Source: Clostridia bacterium
Lineage (GTDB): Bacteria > Bacillota > Clostridia > Christensenellales > Aristaeellaceae
Length of the DNA stretch: 64,000 bases
Assembly (NCBI GenBank): GCA_017502305.1
Contig: JAFVVG010000043.1
Location: 47,961-111,960 of the forward strand
Reading direction: 5' to 3'
The notes under the pieces were generated by a model. The model did not search any database. It saw only the letters and a list, made by a program, of their open reading frames with translations, and was not told the DNA's origin. Below are positions 55,133-64,000 of the stretch, piece after piece (position 1 is the stretch's first letter; every line of letters starts with the position of its first letter). A program made the translations under genes and the position numbers.

Positions 55133-56611
55133 TTAATCCTCCTCGTAGGTCATGTCCTCGGGGGACAGGGTGATGAAGGGCGTGGGAGAAGGCGTGGGCG
55201 TGGGAGAGGGCGTGGGGGTGGGTTCGTTGCTGAAGACCTGATACTCATACACCGGGCCGGCAATGGTGGGCGCGGGGGTAGCGGTGGGTTCAGGCGTGGG
55301 GGTAGGCGTGGGCGTAGCGGTGGGCAGGGGCGTCATTTCCGGATTGGGGGTGGGCGTCTCGCCCCACACGCTGGTGCTGCCGATGCGCAGCGTGGGCATG
55401 GGCCGGGCGGTGGTCAGGGGCACAAACTCGGCATACATGGATGCTTCGCGGCCCTGCACAGCTTCCGCTGCGGGCTTGTAGCGCAGAACGATCACATATT
55501 CGATGTGCTCAAAATCCGCGGAGGGCTCCACCACGATGTACTGCTTGTTGGCGTCCATGCCGCGGGTGGATTCGCGCACGGTGCCGATCGGGATGCCCTT
55601 GGGGAAGGACATACCCACGCCGGAGGTGACCACAATATCGCCGGGGCGGGGCAGGTGATCGTCGGGCAGGTAGTACATGCGGCACATGGGCCGGCCGTCG
55701 ATGCCCAGGGTGCCGCGGACAGTGCCCTGGTCGCGGCTGGACTGGATCAGGCCGGCGATGGAGGCTTCGCTGTCGATAATGGTACGGACCTGGGATTTGG
55801 TTTCGGTGACGTTCTCGGTATAGCCGACCAGGGCGCCGGAAATGGTGACGGCCATGTAGTTCTCGATGCCGTCGCGGCTGCCGCGGTTGATGGTGAAGGT
55901 GGAGAAGTAATTGCCGTCGCCCTTGCCGATGACGCCGCAGGCGATGGGGTTCATGTTTTCGTTGACGGAGATCTCGTCGTACATGTTGGCAAACTGGGAA
56001 AGCTGCTTGACATATTCATCTGCCATCATGGCCTGGTAGACCAGCTGCTCGTTTTCGGCGCGGAGCTTGTTGTATTCCGCCTCCAGGTTGGCACGGAGCT
56101 TCAGCGTGCGCAGATAACCGGCGAAGCTCTCGGTAATGGAGGAGAAAACGCTTTGCACAGGGGTCACGATCTTTGCCACAAAGCTTTCGGGCAGGCCTAG
56201 GAAGGCAGGCGCGTCCGGGATGACCCGGAAGGCCAGCATGATGACGGTGAGACCGATAATGATAATGGATATAGCCGTCAGCACCACCTTGCGCAATCCG
56301 CCGGGGAGCTCCTTGCGCTGGCGCTTCTCCTCGGCCTGGAGGCGGGAGGAGGTACGCTGCTTTTTCTTCATGCGGCCGACAAAGGTGGCGTTTTCCTGCT
56401 CCTCCTCGATGGCGTCGCGCTCGATCTGCAATTTGCGCAGGGCCTTCTCGGGGGTATCGGAGGTATCGTCATCCTGGTCGGAGATGGGCTCCTCGGGCTT
56501 GCCGGTGGGCAGGTCCCGGGTGATGCTGTCCAGGTCGTCGAACTTGAAATCGTCATAAGTGGGCAGCAGGGGCTGTTCCTCCTGCTGGTTACGGCGGTCT
56601 TTTCGTGCCAT
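55133..56611 (-). CDS. mreC: Rod shape-determining protein MreC with N-terminal charged extension and Pro/Thr-rich tail
   Basis: TM helix, a coiled coil (LRANLEAEYNKLRAENEQL), and the MreC beta-barrel region (GDIVVTSGVGMSFPKGIPIGTV). The tail is PTPTPTPEPTATPAPT...PTPSPTPTPSPTP. Confidence 0.85.
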   Translation of the reverse strand: MARKDRRNQQEEQPLLPTYDDFKFDDLDSITRDLPTGKPEEPISDQDDDTSDTPEKALRKLQIERDAIEEEQENATFVGRMKKKQRTSSRLQAEEKRQRKELPGGLRKVVLTAISIIIIGLTVIMLAFRVIPDAPAFLGLPESFVAKIVTPVQSVFSSITESFAGYLRTLKLRANLEAEYNKLRAENEQLVYQAMMADEYVKQLSQFANMYDEISVNENMNPIACGVIGKGDGNYFSTFTINRGSRDGIENYMAVTISGALVGYTENVTETKSQVRTIIDSEASIAGLIQSSRDQGTVRGTLGIDGRPMCRMYYLPDDHLPRPGDIVVTSGVGMSFPKGIPIGTVRESTRGMDANKQYIVVEPSADFEHIEYVIVLRYKPAAEAVQGREASMYAEFVPLTTARPMPTLRIGSTSVWGETPTPNPEMTPLPTATPTPTPTPEPTATPAPTIAGPVYEYQVFSNEPTPTPSPTPTPSPTPFITLSPEDMTYEED

Positions 56612-56642
56612 AAGGGGTTATCACCTCGCTTTGAATAAGCGG

Positions 56643-57665
56643 TTAATCGTTGAAGCCACGTTTGTTGCTGCCGGAAAGCAGCTGAATGTTTTCCACCAGG
56701 TAGCCAAGGCCCATGATGGTGCAGTCCTCGGGTTCCTTGGCGATGAGCACTGGAATGCCCAGCTCGGTGGCGATGAACTGATCCATGGCGAAGAGTTGTG
56801 CGCTGCCGCCGGTCAGGTGTACGCCGCTGCGCATGATATCAGCCGCCAGCTCAGGGGGCGTGCGCTCCAGCACCCACTTGATGGCCGCCAGAATAGCCCG
56901 GCAGGGTTCCTTGATGGCCTCGTGGGCCTGGGCGGAGGTAAACTCGATATCCATGGCCTGGGGGGAAAGCAGATCCCTGCCGCGGATGCGCACCTGCCGG
57001 CCCTCGGAAAGGGGCATGGCGGCGGCAAGATCCAGCTTCACGTCCTCGGCGGTGCGGTCGCCGATGAGCATATTGAACTCGCGCTTGATGTAGTTGATGA
57101 TGGCTTCGTCCATCTTCACGCCGCCCACCTGAATGGACTGGGCAACCACAATGCCGCCCAGGGAAACAACGGCCACGTCTGTGGTGCCGCCGCCGATGTC
57201 CACCACCATGCTGCCCACGGGCTCATACACAGGCAGGCCGGAACCAATGGCCGCGGCGAAAGGCTTTTCCACCAGGAAGACCTTCTTGGCGCCTGCTACC
57301 TGGGCGGCCTCGGTCACCGCCTTGCGGGAAACGGCGGGCAGGCCCACGGGGATGGACACAACCACCTTGGGCTTCACCACATGGCTCACGCCGATGGCCT
57401 TGCGCAGGAAATAGCGGATGAGCATCTCGGTCATGTCAAAATCCGAGATGGAGCCGCCCTTCAGGGGACGGACGACGGTGAGGGCGTCGCTGGTGCGGCC
57501 CAGGAGGAACTTCGCCTCGTCGCCCACGGCGCGGACGTTGCGCTTGTTGTTGGAATCGACCACCACCATGGTGGGTTCGCTGATGACGATGCCGCGGCCG
57601 CGGACGTACACCACTGTATTGGAAGTACCCAGATCAATACCGATATCGGGCGCGAAAAAAGCCAT
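56643..57665 (-). CDS. mreB: Rod shape-determining actin homologue MreB
   Basis: MAFFAPDIGIDLGTSNTVVYVRGRG, VDIGGGTTD and GGSAQL. Confidence 0.95.
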   Translation of the reverse strand: MAFFAPDIGIDLGTSNTVVYVRGRGIVISEPTMVVVDSNNKRNVRAVGDEAKFLLGRTSDALTVVRPLKGGSISDFDMTEMLIRYFLRKAIGVSHVVKPKVVVSIPVGLPAVSRKAVTEAAQVAGAKKVFLVEKPFAAAIGSGLPVYEPVGSMVVDIGGGTTDVAVVSLGGIVVAQSIQVGGVKMDEAIINYIKREFNMLIGDRTAEDVKLDLAAAMPLSEGRQVRIRGRDLLSPQAMDIEFTSAQAHEAIKEPCRAILAAIKWVLERTPPELAADIMRSGVHLTGGSAQLFAMDQFIATELGIPVLIAKEPEDCTIMGLGYLVENIQLLSGSNKRGFND

Positions 57666-57707
57666 GTGTTCACTCCGTTCGTTTATGGTCAAGCCGCGAT
57701 GCGGCGG

Positions 57708-58289
57708 TTAAGCGATATTCAGGGGGTGGAGGCCGCACTTTTCCAGGAGCGTGCGGGTCAATGTCATGGGCAGGCCGATGACGTTGGTGTGGGAGCCGCG
57801 GATCTCCTCGATCCACAGCCCGGCGATGCCCTGCAGGGCATAACTGCCTGCCTTGTCCATAGGTTCGCCGGTGGCGATGTAGGCACGGATGGCCCCGTCG
57901 CTCATGGGGCCGAAGCGCACATCGGTGGCATCTACCTCGGCGAAAACTTCGCCCGTGGCGCTGACCACGCACACGCCGGTGTATACCTGGTGCCAGCGGT
58001 CTGCCAGGCTGCGGAGCATGCGGAAGGCGTCGGCCTCGTCGGCAGGTTTGCCCAGGGGCACGTCATCCACGGCTACCAGGGTATCACTGGCCAGGATCAC
58101 CTTGCCGGGGTGTTTGTCCGCCGCGGCCAGCGCTTTGCGCCGGGCCAGGGCCAAAACGGCCTCTCGGGCGCCAAGGGGACAGGTTTCATCTACTTCCGGG
58201 GCATCCACCAGAAAGGGGATGCCCGTCAGGCTCAATAGCTCCCTGCGCCGGGGGGACTGGGACGCAAGGATCAGCTGAATTTCATCCAT
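57708..58289 (-). CDS. maf: Maf-family nucleoside triphosphate pyrophosphatase
   Basis: LILASQSPRRRELL and GKAGSYALQG. ATG lies 9 nt after GGAGG. Confidence 0.9.
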   Translation of the reverse strand: MDEIQLILASQSPRRRELLSLTGIPFLVDAPEVDETCPLGAREAVLALARRKALAAADKHPGKVILASDTLVAVDDVPLGKPADEADAFRMLRSLADRWHQVYTGVCVVSATGEVFAEVDATDVRFGPMSDGAIRAYIATGEPMDKAGSYALQGIAGLWIEEIRGSHTNVIGLPMTLTRTLLEKCGLHPLNIA

Positions 58290-58328
58290 ACAGGTCTGCC
58301 TCCGAATCAACAGGACATTCCACCCTGT

Positions 58329-58357
58329 ATTATACCACAGAATCCCCTGTAATGGAA
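58329..58357 (-). promoter_or_regulatory. Extended -10 promoter for maf-mre operon
   Basis: Minus strand reads TTCCAT, 17 nt, TATAAT, with TGg immediately upstream of the -10 box. Confidence 0.5.
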
Positions 58358-58395
58358 ACATTTCAGCAAAAATTCATGAATTCATCAATAGAACG

Positions 58396-58417
58396 AAAAA
58401 GACGGCGCAAAGCCGTC
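58396..58417 (-). terminator. Rho-independent terminator after queT
   Basis: Minus strand reads GACGGC-tttgc-GCCGTC followed by TTTTT. Confidence 0.7.
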
Positions 58418-58430
58418 AATTGATTGCGAA

Positions 58431-58910
58431 TTATTGGTACTTTCTCCAGTCGATCCGGCCGTGGAAGGCCTTCATGAGCATGTAGCCAAGGGTCACGGCA
58501 AGGGCTTCGCCGGCGGCGACTTGGATGATGGTCAGCACCGGGGGCAGGCTGTATACCACCGAGAGCATGACACCCACAATGAGACCGTTGCTGATCACAG
58601 GGCAGCTGGCGGCCAGAAGGGGACGCTTGCGCAGGCCGTAGGTGCCCATGGCGGCCAGCAGCGTGGCCAGGGAGCCGAAAAGCACATCCCATATGCCCAC
58701 CGGGCTGAGCAGGTTGGCCACCAGGCATCCCACAAACAGCCCGGGAACGGACTGGGGCAGCATCAGGGGCAGGAGCGTCAGGGCCTCGGAAAGGCGGCAC
58801 TGCCAGGCGCCGTAGCTCAGGGGCGGCAGCATGAGGGTCAGCGCGGCGTACAGCGCGGCGATGATGCCGCTCAGACACAGCGATCTGGTGTTGAATGATC
58901 TCCTGAACAT
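58431..58910 (-). CDS. queT: Queuosine-precursor transporter QueT (ECF S-component family)
   Basis: 159 aa, roughly 5 TM helices. SGIIAALYAALTLMLPPLSYGAWQCRLSEAL is typical of QueT. Confidence 0.75.
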   Translation of the reverse strand: MFRRSFNTRSLCLSGIIAALYAALTLMLPPLSYGAWQCRLSEALTLLPLMLPQSVPGLFVGCLVANLLSPVGIWDVLFGSLATLLAAMGTYGLRKRPLLAASCPVISNGLIVGVMLSVVYSLPPVLTIIQVAAGEALAVTLGYMLMKAFHGRIDWRKYQ

Positions 58911-58966
58911 AGAGATCCTCCTTTCTTTTTCCCGCGGAGCGAATACAGTCGCAGGCGGACAAAATC

Positions 58967-58995
58967 AATTTACCACATTTTTGCCAGCATCACAA
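58967..58995 (-). promoter_or_regulatory. Extended -10 promoter for queT
   Basis: Minus strand reads TTGTGA, 17 nt, TAAATT preceded by TGg. Predicts a roughly 50-nt leader. Confidence 0.5.
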
Positions 58996-59061
58996 GGGCT
59001 AATTCCGGGCAAGATGGTGGTGCGCTCATCCGGGCGACAAAACATTCAGGAGGGATTCACC

Positions 59062-59229
59062 ATGGCTCATCTGAAGAACCAGTGCATCCATTGCAGCGTG
59101 GAAAGCTGCCAGCACCACGAGGTGGACAACAAGTGCGCCCTGACGGACATTCAGGTTGCCCCCAAGAAGAACTGCTGCAACGGCAAGGCCGACGAAAGCA
59201 TGTGCAGCAGCTACAAGTGCCGCGAGTGA
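59062..59229 (+). CDS. DUF1540-like small cysteine-rich protein
   Basis: 55 aa. ATG lies 7 nt after AGGAGGG. CIHCSVESCQHH...CALTDIQV...CCNGK...CSSYKC. Confidence 0.65.
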   Translation: MAHLKNQCIHCSVESCQHHEVDNKCALTDIQVAPKKNCCNGKADESMCSSYKCRE

Positions 59230-59242
59230 CGCCCTGGGGCCT

Positions 59243-59269
59243 CCCGGAAATGGCAGAGCCATTTCCGGG
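59243..59269 (+). terminator. Strong hairpin after the DUF1540 gene (no U-tract)
   Basis: CCCGGAAATGGC-aga-GCCATTTCCGGG: 12-bp perfect stem. Confidence 0.45.
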
Positions 59270-59344
59270 AATGCTCATTCCGTTGCCGCAGGCTGCGGTC
59301 CGCCGGTGTCCTCTGAAAATGTTCGCGCGAGATGAGGTGAGGTT

Positions 59345-60829
59345 GTGCCGGAAGAGATGTCGTCATCGCTGGAAAGAAATCTGGAAGTTATGGAGCGGCT
59401 GCTCTACCGGGACGTGAATACGGATATGACCCGCCGGGACCTGCGCGTGTTCCGCAGGGAGGCGGCGGTGTATTACGTGGACGGTTTGGTATCCACGGAT
59501 TTTCTGCAGCATTATGTGCTTACGCCCTGCCTGGAAAAAGCGGGGCAGGAAAATGCTGTGAATATCGAGGACGCCCTGATGCAGACGGTGCATGTGGCGG
59601 ATGTGAAAACCGTGACTGCCTATGCCGAGGTGGTGGACGCTGTGGTGAACGGCAAGGCGGTGCTTCTGTGCGACGGCATGCCCTCGGCCCTGTGCATGGA
59701 CATCCGTTTTTTCGTGCGCAGGAGCATTTCTCCGCCCCTGACGGAAAGCGTGGTCAACGGCCCCCACCAGGGCTTCAATGAAGCGCTGCGGGACAATATC
59801 ACCCTCTTGCGCAGGATCCTCCACACGCCGGAGCTGATCGGCGAGATGACCACGGTGGGCACGGCATCCCCCACAAACCTGTGCGTGATGTACCTGGAAA
59901 ACGCCGTGGACAAGGAATTGCTCTGCCGGCTCAAGGGGCGCCTGGCACGGCTGCGGGTGGATCAGGTGTTGTCCATCGGCGCGCTGGAGCAGCTGCTGGA
60001 GGATCGGCCCTACGCCCTTTTGCCCCAATGCTGCCTCACGGAGCGGCCGGACAGGGCAGCTTCGTTCCTGCTGGAGGGGCAGATCGTCATCGTGATGGAC
60101 GGTGCGCCCCAGGTGCTGGCTGTGCCCATCAGCTTTCTGCACCTGTTCCACACCCCGGACGATACCTCCATGCGCTGGCAGTATGGCACGTTCCTGAGGC
60201 TGATCCGCCTGCTGGGGGCGCTGTGCACGCTGCTTTTGCCGGGGCTTTTTGTGGCGGCGGCCACCTTTCACCCGGAGGCCCTGCCGGTAACGCTGCTCAC
60301 CGCCATATTGGAAAGCCAGGCCCAGGTGCCGCTTTCCATTCCCGCCGAAACCTTCCTGATGCTGATGATGTTCAACCTTATCAACGAGGCAGGCACCCGT
60401 GTGCCGGGGGTGGTGGGAAACTCGCTGGGGACCGTCAGCGGACTGATCCTGGGACAGGCGGCGGTGGAGGCAAAGCTGATCCATCCGCTGCTGATCATTG
60501 TGGTGGCGGTTTCCAGCCTGGGCAGCTATGCCATACCGGATTACTCGCTGGGAATGGCGTTTCGTATCGGACAGCTGGTGTTTCTGGCGGCGGGTTGCGT
60601 GTTTGGGTTCTATGGTATAGTGCTGCTTTCGGCGGTGGCGGCGGTGCGGCTGTGCGGCATGACCAGCCTGGGCTCGCCCTTCGCGGCGCCGGTGGCCCCT
60701 GTGCGCACCCACAACCCGGATGATTTTATCCGCTGGCCCATATGGCGGCAGAGGCTGAGGACATGGCTGGGGAATCCTTTCAGCATGGAGCGCGTTCACG
60801 GTAGAATGCGCGGATGGGACGAAAAGTAG
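59345..60829 (+). CDS. Spore germinant receptor, GerA-family A subunit
   Basis: 494 aa with a GerA-type soluble N-domain plus a C-terminal membrane domain (FLMLMMFNLINEAG...SLGSYAIPDYSLG). GTG start after GAGGTGAGG. Confidence 0.8.
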   Translation: MPEEMSSSLERNLEVMERLLYRDVNTDMTRRDLRVFRREAAVYYVDGLVSTDFLQHYVLTPCLEKAGQENAVNIEDALMQTVHVADVKTVTAYAEVVDAVVNGKAVLLCDGMPSALCMDIRFFVRRSISPPLTESVVNGPHQGFNEALRDNITLLRRILHTPELIGEMTTVGTASPTNLCVMYLENAVDKELLCRLKGRLARLRVDQVLSIGALEQLLEDRPYALLPQCCLTERPDRAASFLLEGQIVIVMDGAPQVLAVPISFLHLFHTPDDTSMRWQYGTFLRLIRLLGALCTLLLPGLFVAAATFHPEALPVTLLTAILESQAQVPLSIPAETFLMLMMFNLINEAGTRVPGVVGNSLGTVSGLILGQAAVEAKLIHPLLIIVVAVSSLGSYAIPDYSLGMAFRIGQLVFLAAGCVFGFYGIVLLSAVAAVRLCGMTSLGSPFAAPVAPVRTHNPDDFIRWPIWRQRLRTWLGNPFSMERVHGRMRGWDEK

Positions 60830-60830
60830 C

Positions 60831-61862
60831 ATGAGAACGACAACCAGGGTTCATTCGCCGGAGGAAAGGCGTGCCATGCGGCTGCGGGGCGGCCTTTTGG
60901 CGTGGAGAAGCCAATGGCGGCTTGTGGCTGCCGTGGTAATTTTTCGAACCATGGTCACCCGTGTTCTGCCCCTGGCGGGGGCGGCGGGCTGGTGGATGAC
61001 GCTTGCCTGCCTGGCGCCGGGGGTGGTACTGTATGCTTCAGGATGCATGATATTGCGGCTGAGGAAACGGGAATCATTGGCGGACAGCCGGGTATTGCCG
61101 CTGCTGGTGGCTCTTGCGCTGGCGGTGGAGACGGTAGCCTCCATGACGGCGCTGATCACCCTGTTTACCGAGGGCGTGGGCACCCGTGGCACGCAATGGA
61201 CGCTGGCGATTTCCGCGGCGGGCCTTTTGCTTTTTGCCCTGAACCGTGAAGGTTTGGCCAGAGGTGTGTATTTCCTGCGGCTGCCCCTGGCGGCGCTGCT
61301 GGCGGTGGCGCTGGTGAGTCTTGCCGGCATGGGCCGGGTGGACCACCTGTTCCCGCCGCTGGGGGATGGCGTGTCGAGCCTCTTGGCGGCGCTGAAGGCA
61401 GGCGCTGGCATGGGCTGGGTGTTTGTGCTGCCGCTGATGGAAAAAACGCCGGCACGGCGGCGCATTGCCGAGCCGCTGCCGGTGGCGGCGGTGTGCGTGG
61501 CGGCGGTCTTGTGCCTGAACCTGGCGCTGCCCCATGAGCTGATCACCCGGAATCTTTCCCTGGGCGACAGCCTGGTGATGACGGTGGCTCACCTGCCTGC
61601 ATTTTCGCGGCTGATGACCATCTGCCTGTGGATGGCGGCGCTGTTCCTGGCCCTTGGCAGCATGGTGAGCCTGGCGGGGAAATATGCCCTGCTACCATGG
61701 AAGCGGGAACTCATATGGCTGCCTGGCACACTTGCGGTGCTGGCGGCGCTCACGCAGCTGTGGGATATTGAGCGGCTGTGGCACTGGCTGGGCAGGGCGG
61801 AAGGGTGGCTGCTGGCGATTCCGCTGGCGGCGCTGTTTTGCTGCGGGAGGAAGAAAAGATGA
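60831..61862 (+). CDS. Spore germinant receptor B subunit (permease-like integral membrane protein)
   Basis: 343 aa polytopic protein. Starts 2 nt after the A-subunit stop and overlaps the C-subunit start (ATGA). The call rests on position and hydrophobicity. Confidence 0.6.
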   Translation: MRTTTRVHSPEERRAMRLRGGLLAWRSQWRLVAAVVIFRTMVTRVLPLAGAAGWWMTLACLAPGVVLYASGCMILRLRKRESLADSRVLPLLVALALAVETVASMTALITLFTEGVGTRGTQWTLAISAAGLLLFALNREGLARGVYFLRLPLAALLAVALVSLAGMGRVDHLFPPLGDGVSSLLAALKAGAGMGWVFVLPLMEKTPARRRIAEPLPVAAVCVAAVLCLNLALPHELITRNLSLGDSLVMTVAHLPAFSRLMTICLWMAALFLALGSMVSLAGKYALLPWKRELIWLPGTLAVLAALTQLWDIERLWHWLGRAEGWLLAIPLAALFCCGRKKR

Positions 61863-62845
61863 AGAAGCTGCTGGCGGTGCTTTTATCGGCCCTGATGCTG
61901 ACGGGCTGTGCCGCTTTGCCTGGGGAGGAACGCTCCTTTGCGGTGGTGCTGGGGGTGGACTGCCGGGAAGAAAAATGGCAGGCAGGCGTGAGAATTCCCA
62001 CCTATCAGTCCGGCGGCGGATATGCTACGCTGACGGCGGAGGGGGCTTCCCTGGGAGAAGCGCTGGCCAGGCTGAATGCCTCGGCGCCCATGGAACTGCA
62101 CTATGGCCAGCTGCGGCTGCTGGTGCTTTCAAATGAAGTGGCGGAAACGGAGCCGCTGCAGGAGCTGCTCCACGCCCTGGCGGAGCGTGGGGAGGTGCGC
62201 CCCCAGGCGCTGGTGTGCGTGACAGAGGAACGCATGCAAGCGTTGCTGGATGCCATGAAACCTTCCACCGGCAGCCGGCTGAGCAAATCCGTGGAAGCGA
62301 TGGCACAGGCAAGGCAAGCGCAGGGCGCCGCGCCGGAGGCGACGCTCTCCGCTTTGATGCGAATGGGGGAGCGGCAGCAGCCGGTATTGCTGAACGCCGG
62401 CCTGGAGAATGGGGCGCTGAAGCTTTCCGGCGGATGGCTGACGGACGGCAAGATCATCCGCGAAAAGCTGACGGAAACGGAAACACAGCTGCTTTCGCTG
62501 ATGCAGGGCAGGCTGAAGCAGGGGACCCTTGCCCTGGAGGGGGATACGCTGACGCTGCTGAACGCCGATTGCGTCATCAGGCTGGAGGGCGGCACGGCCC
62601 GGTGCAGGGTGAAGCTGCGCTATGGGTCATCCACGCTGACGGAGGAAGGCGTGTCCCGGGCGGTGGAGGCGGCCCTGCATAAGGTGACCGGCAAGCTGGC
62701 CTCCGCCGGATGCGACGCCCTGGGGGTGGGACGGCAGGCGATGATGGCATGCGCGACCGTACACGAATGGAATGGTATGAACTGGCAGGAGCAATACCCG
62801 GCATTGACGTGGGTGTTTGAAATCAGCCCGGAAAAAGAGGCATAA
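61859..62845 (+). CDS. Ger(x)C-family germinant receptor lipoprotein
   Basis: Lipobox MKKLLAVLLSALMLTGCA followed by ERSFAVVLGVD, typical of GerAC-type subunits. Confidence 0.75.
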   Translation: MKKLLAVLLSALMLTGCAALPGEERSFAVVLGVDCREEKWQAGVRIPTYQSGGGYATLTAEGASLGEALARLNASAPMELHYGQLRLLVLSNEVAETEPLQELLHALAERGEVRPQALVCVTEERMQALLDAMKPSTGSRLSKSVEAMAQARQAQGAAPEATLSALMRMGERQQPVLLNAGLENGALKLSGGWLTDGKIIREKLTETETQLLSLMQGRLKQGTLALEGDTLTLLNADCVIRLEGGTARCRVKLRYGSSTLTEEGVSRAVEAALHKVTGKLASAGCDALGVGRQAMMACATVHEWNGMNWQEQYPALTWVFEISPEKEA

Positions 62846-62869
62846 AAACAGCCGGCGGTTGCGCGGCTG

Positions 62870-63355
62870 TCAGAAGGTGAGTTGATCGCGCCAGGCGTCA
62901 GCCAGGCGGGGGAGATCCCATGCGGCGTTGGCAGGGCTGGTGGAGGGCAGCACTGCGGCCTCAATACCGGTAAGGGGCTGCAGGTGCCGTTGATACAGCT
63001 TGCCGGCCAGAGCGCCGTTGCAGATGATCCGCCGGATGTTTGCATTTTCAAGCACACGCCGGATATTCACGGGCACGGCGTCGCGGATGGAGGCGTCGGA
63101 GGAACCCTCGATGCGGCAGGAGGCGATCACATCCCACAGGGCCAGGTGATGGCGAAGAAGAAGCGATTGCTTTTCCGGGATGGTTGCGGGCGTTTTTTCG
63201 CCAAATATCTGCGCCAGCATGGGCCAGAAGCGGTTGCGGGGGTGGCCGTAGAAGAAGCCTTCCTCGCGGGATTTGACGGAGGGAAAGCTGCCCAGAATGA
63301 GGATGCGGCTGCCGTTGTCCATCACCGGTGGGAAGGGATGATCCACCTGAAGCAT
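62870..63355 (-). CDS. DNA-deoxyinosine (hypoxanthine) glycosylase, UDG superfamily
   Basis: ILILGSFPSVKSREEGFFYGHPRNRFW and LPSTSPANA motifs. ATG lies 2 nt after the upstream gene stop. Confidence 0.75.
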   Translation of the reverse strand: MLQVDHPFPPVMDNGSRILILGSFPSVKSREEGFFYGHPRNRFWPMLAQIFGEKTPATIPEKQSLLLRHHLALWDVIASCRIEGSSDASIRDAVPVNIRRVLENANIRRIICNGALAGKLYQRHLQPLTGIEAAVLPSTSPANAAWDLPRLADAWRDQLTF

Positions 63356-63357
63356 GG

Positions 63358-63894
63358 TCAGTCCTCCAGGTGCAGCGTCCACACCTTGGCGGGGAAGGTC
63401 TGCTTGCCGTCGAAGGTGGAGTATTCGCTGAAATGGTGGAAGGTGCAGCCAACCTTCTCCATCACCCGGCCGGAAGCGGGATTATCGACGGCGTGGTTGG
63501 CATAGAAGTTTCTCACGCCAAAGGTGCGGTGAGCAAAATCGATCATGGCGCGGGTGGCCTCGGTGGCGTAGCCTTTGTTCCAGCAATCCCGGCGGAGGTT
63601 GTAGCCAAACTCCCAACCGTCTTCCATGGAATAAGGACGGTCGTCCTTGGGGCCGATGGAACCGGCTCCCACCAAAAGGCCATCCTCCTTGCGGACAAAG
63701 CCGAAGTGATAATCGCTGCTTTCATGCTCCACATGGCGCAGCCATTCCTCGGCCTGCGCCACGCTGGTGTAGAGATTGTAGGGCATGAACCGGTTGACCT
63801 CCGGATCGGAGAGCCAGACGAACTCGGCTTCGGCGTCGTCGACGGTCAGAGGACGGAGAATGAGGCGCTCGGTTTCCAGAATATACTGATGCAT
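63358..63894 (-). CDS. GNAT-family N-acetyltransferase (RimJ/RimL-like)
   Basis: ETERLILRPLTVDDAEAEFVWLSDPEVNRFM and NKGYATEA. Confidence 0.75.
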   Translation of the reverse strand: MHQYILETERLILRPLTVDDAEAEFVWLSDPEVNRFMPYNLYTSVAQAEEWLRHVEHESSDYHFGFVRKEDGLLVGAGSIGPKDDRPYSMEDGWEFGYNLRRDCWNKGYATEATRAMIDFAHRTFGVRNFYANHAVDNPASGRVMEKVGCTFHHFSEYSTFDGKQTFPAKVWTLHLED

Positions 63895-64000
63895 GGAGGT
63901 CACACCTTTCGGAAAAAGATGTTCCATCATAGCACAAAACCAGCCAGATGACAAGTTGAACTGCTCCAGAATATACGGACTGCACAAAAAGGCCGGTATG

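Overview
GC-rich chromosomal core segment of an endospore-forming Firmicute. Gene content (abrB, spmAB, lonB, a gerA-type operon, SpoVD/SpoVE-type genes, an IspH-S1 fusion) suggests a Clostridia-type anaerobe; this is inference. Gene order, left to right: NUDIX, abrB, spmA-spmB, hutP-like, cmk-plsC-ispH/S1, thiamine pyrophosphokinase, purC and a secreted MBL hydrolase. Next comes the tig-clpP-clpX-lonB-lon-engB quality-control block, a CAP-domain exoprotein, and a Zn-ribbon/acidic-tail protein with a metallophosphoesterase. Then a dcw cluster (mraZ-ftsL-PBP-murE-mraY-murD-ftsW-murA-ftsQ-ftsA-ftsZ), a class A PBP, an orphan solute-binding protein with galK, FMN riboswitch-ribU, and tsaE-tsaB-rimI. 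These are followed by a FAD/Rieske oxidoreductase, an isolated phage tail-fibre-like gene beside tRNA-Pro(GGG), and HAD and aldo-keto reductase genes. The minus strand then carries maf-mreB-mreC-mreD-mrdA-minD-rodA and queT. The window ends with DUF1540 plus a germinant-receptor operon, a hypoxanthine-DNA glycosylase and a GNAT. No rRNA, CRISPR, transposase or integrase was seen. Most of the window is ordinary housekeeping. Four signals stand out. (1) A family of mosaic hairpin-array intergenic repeats (5 copies at 4 loci) whose terminal hairpins contain the stop codons of clpP, mrdA and rodA. (2) An orphan BppU-like fibre protein with three internal repeats next to the tRNA. (3) A dcw cluster without rsmH, with murA in the usual murG slot and MraZ-box-like periodic repeats over the promoter. 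(4) minD without minC or minE. Many long antisense ORFs in the track are high-GC artefacts.
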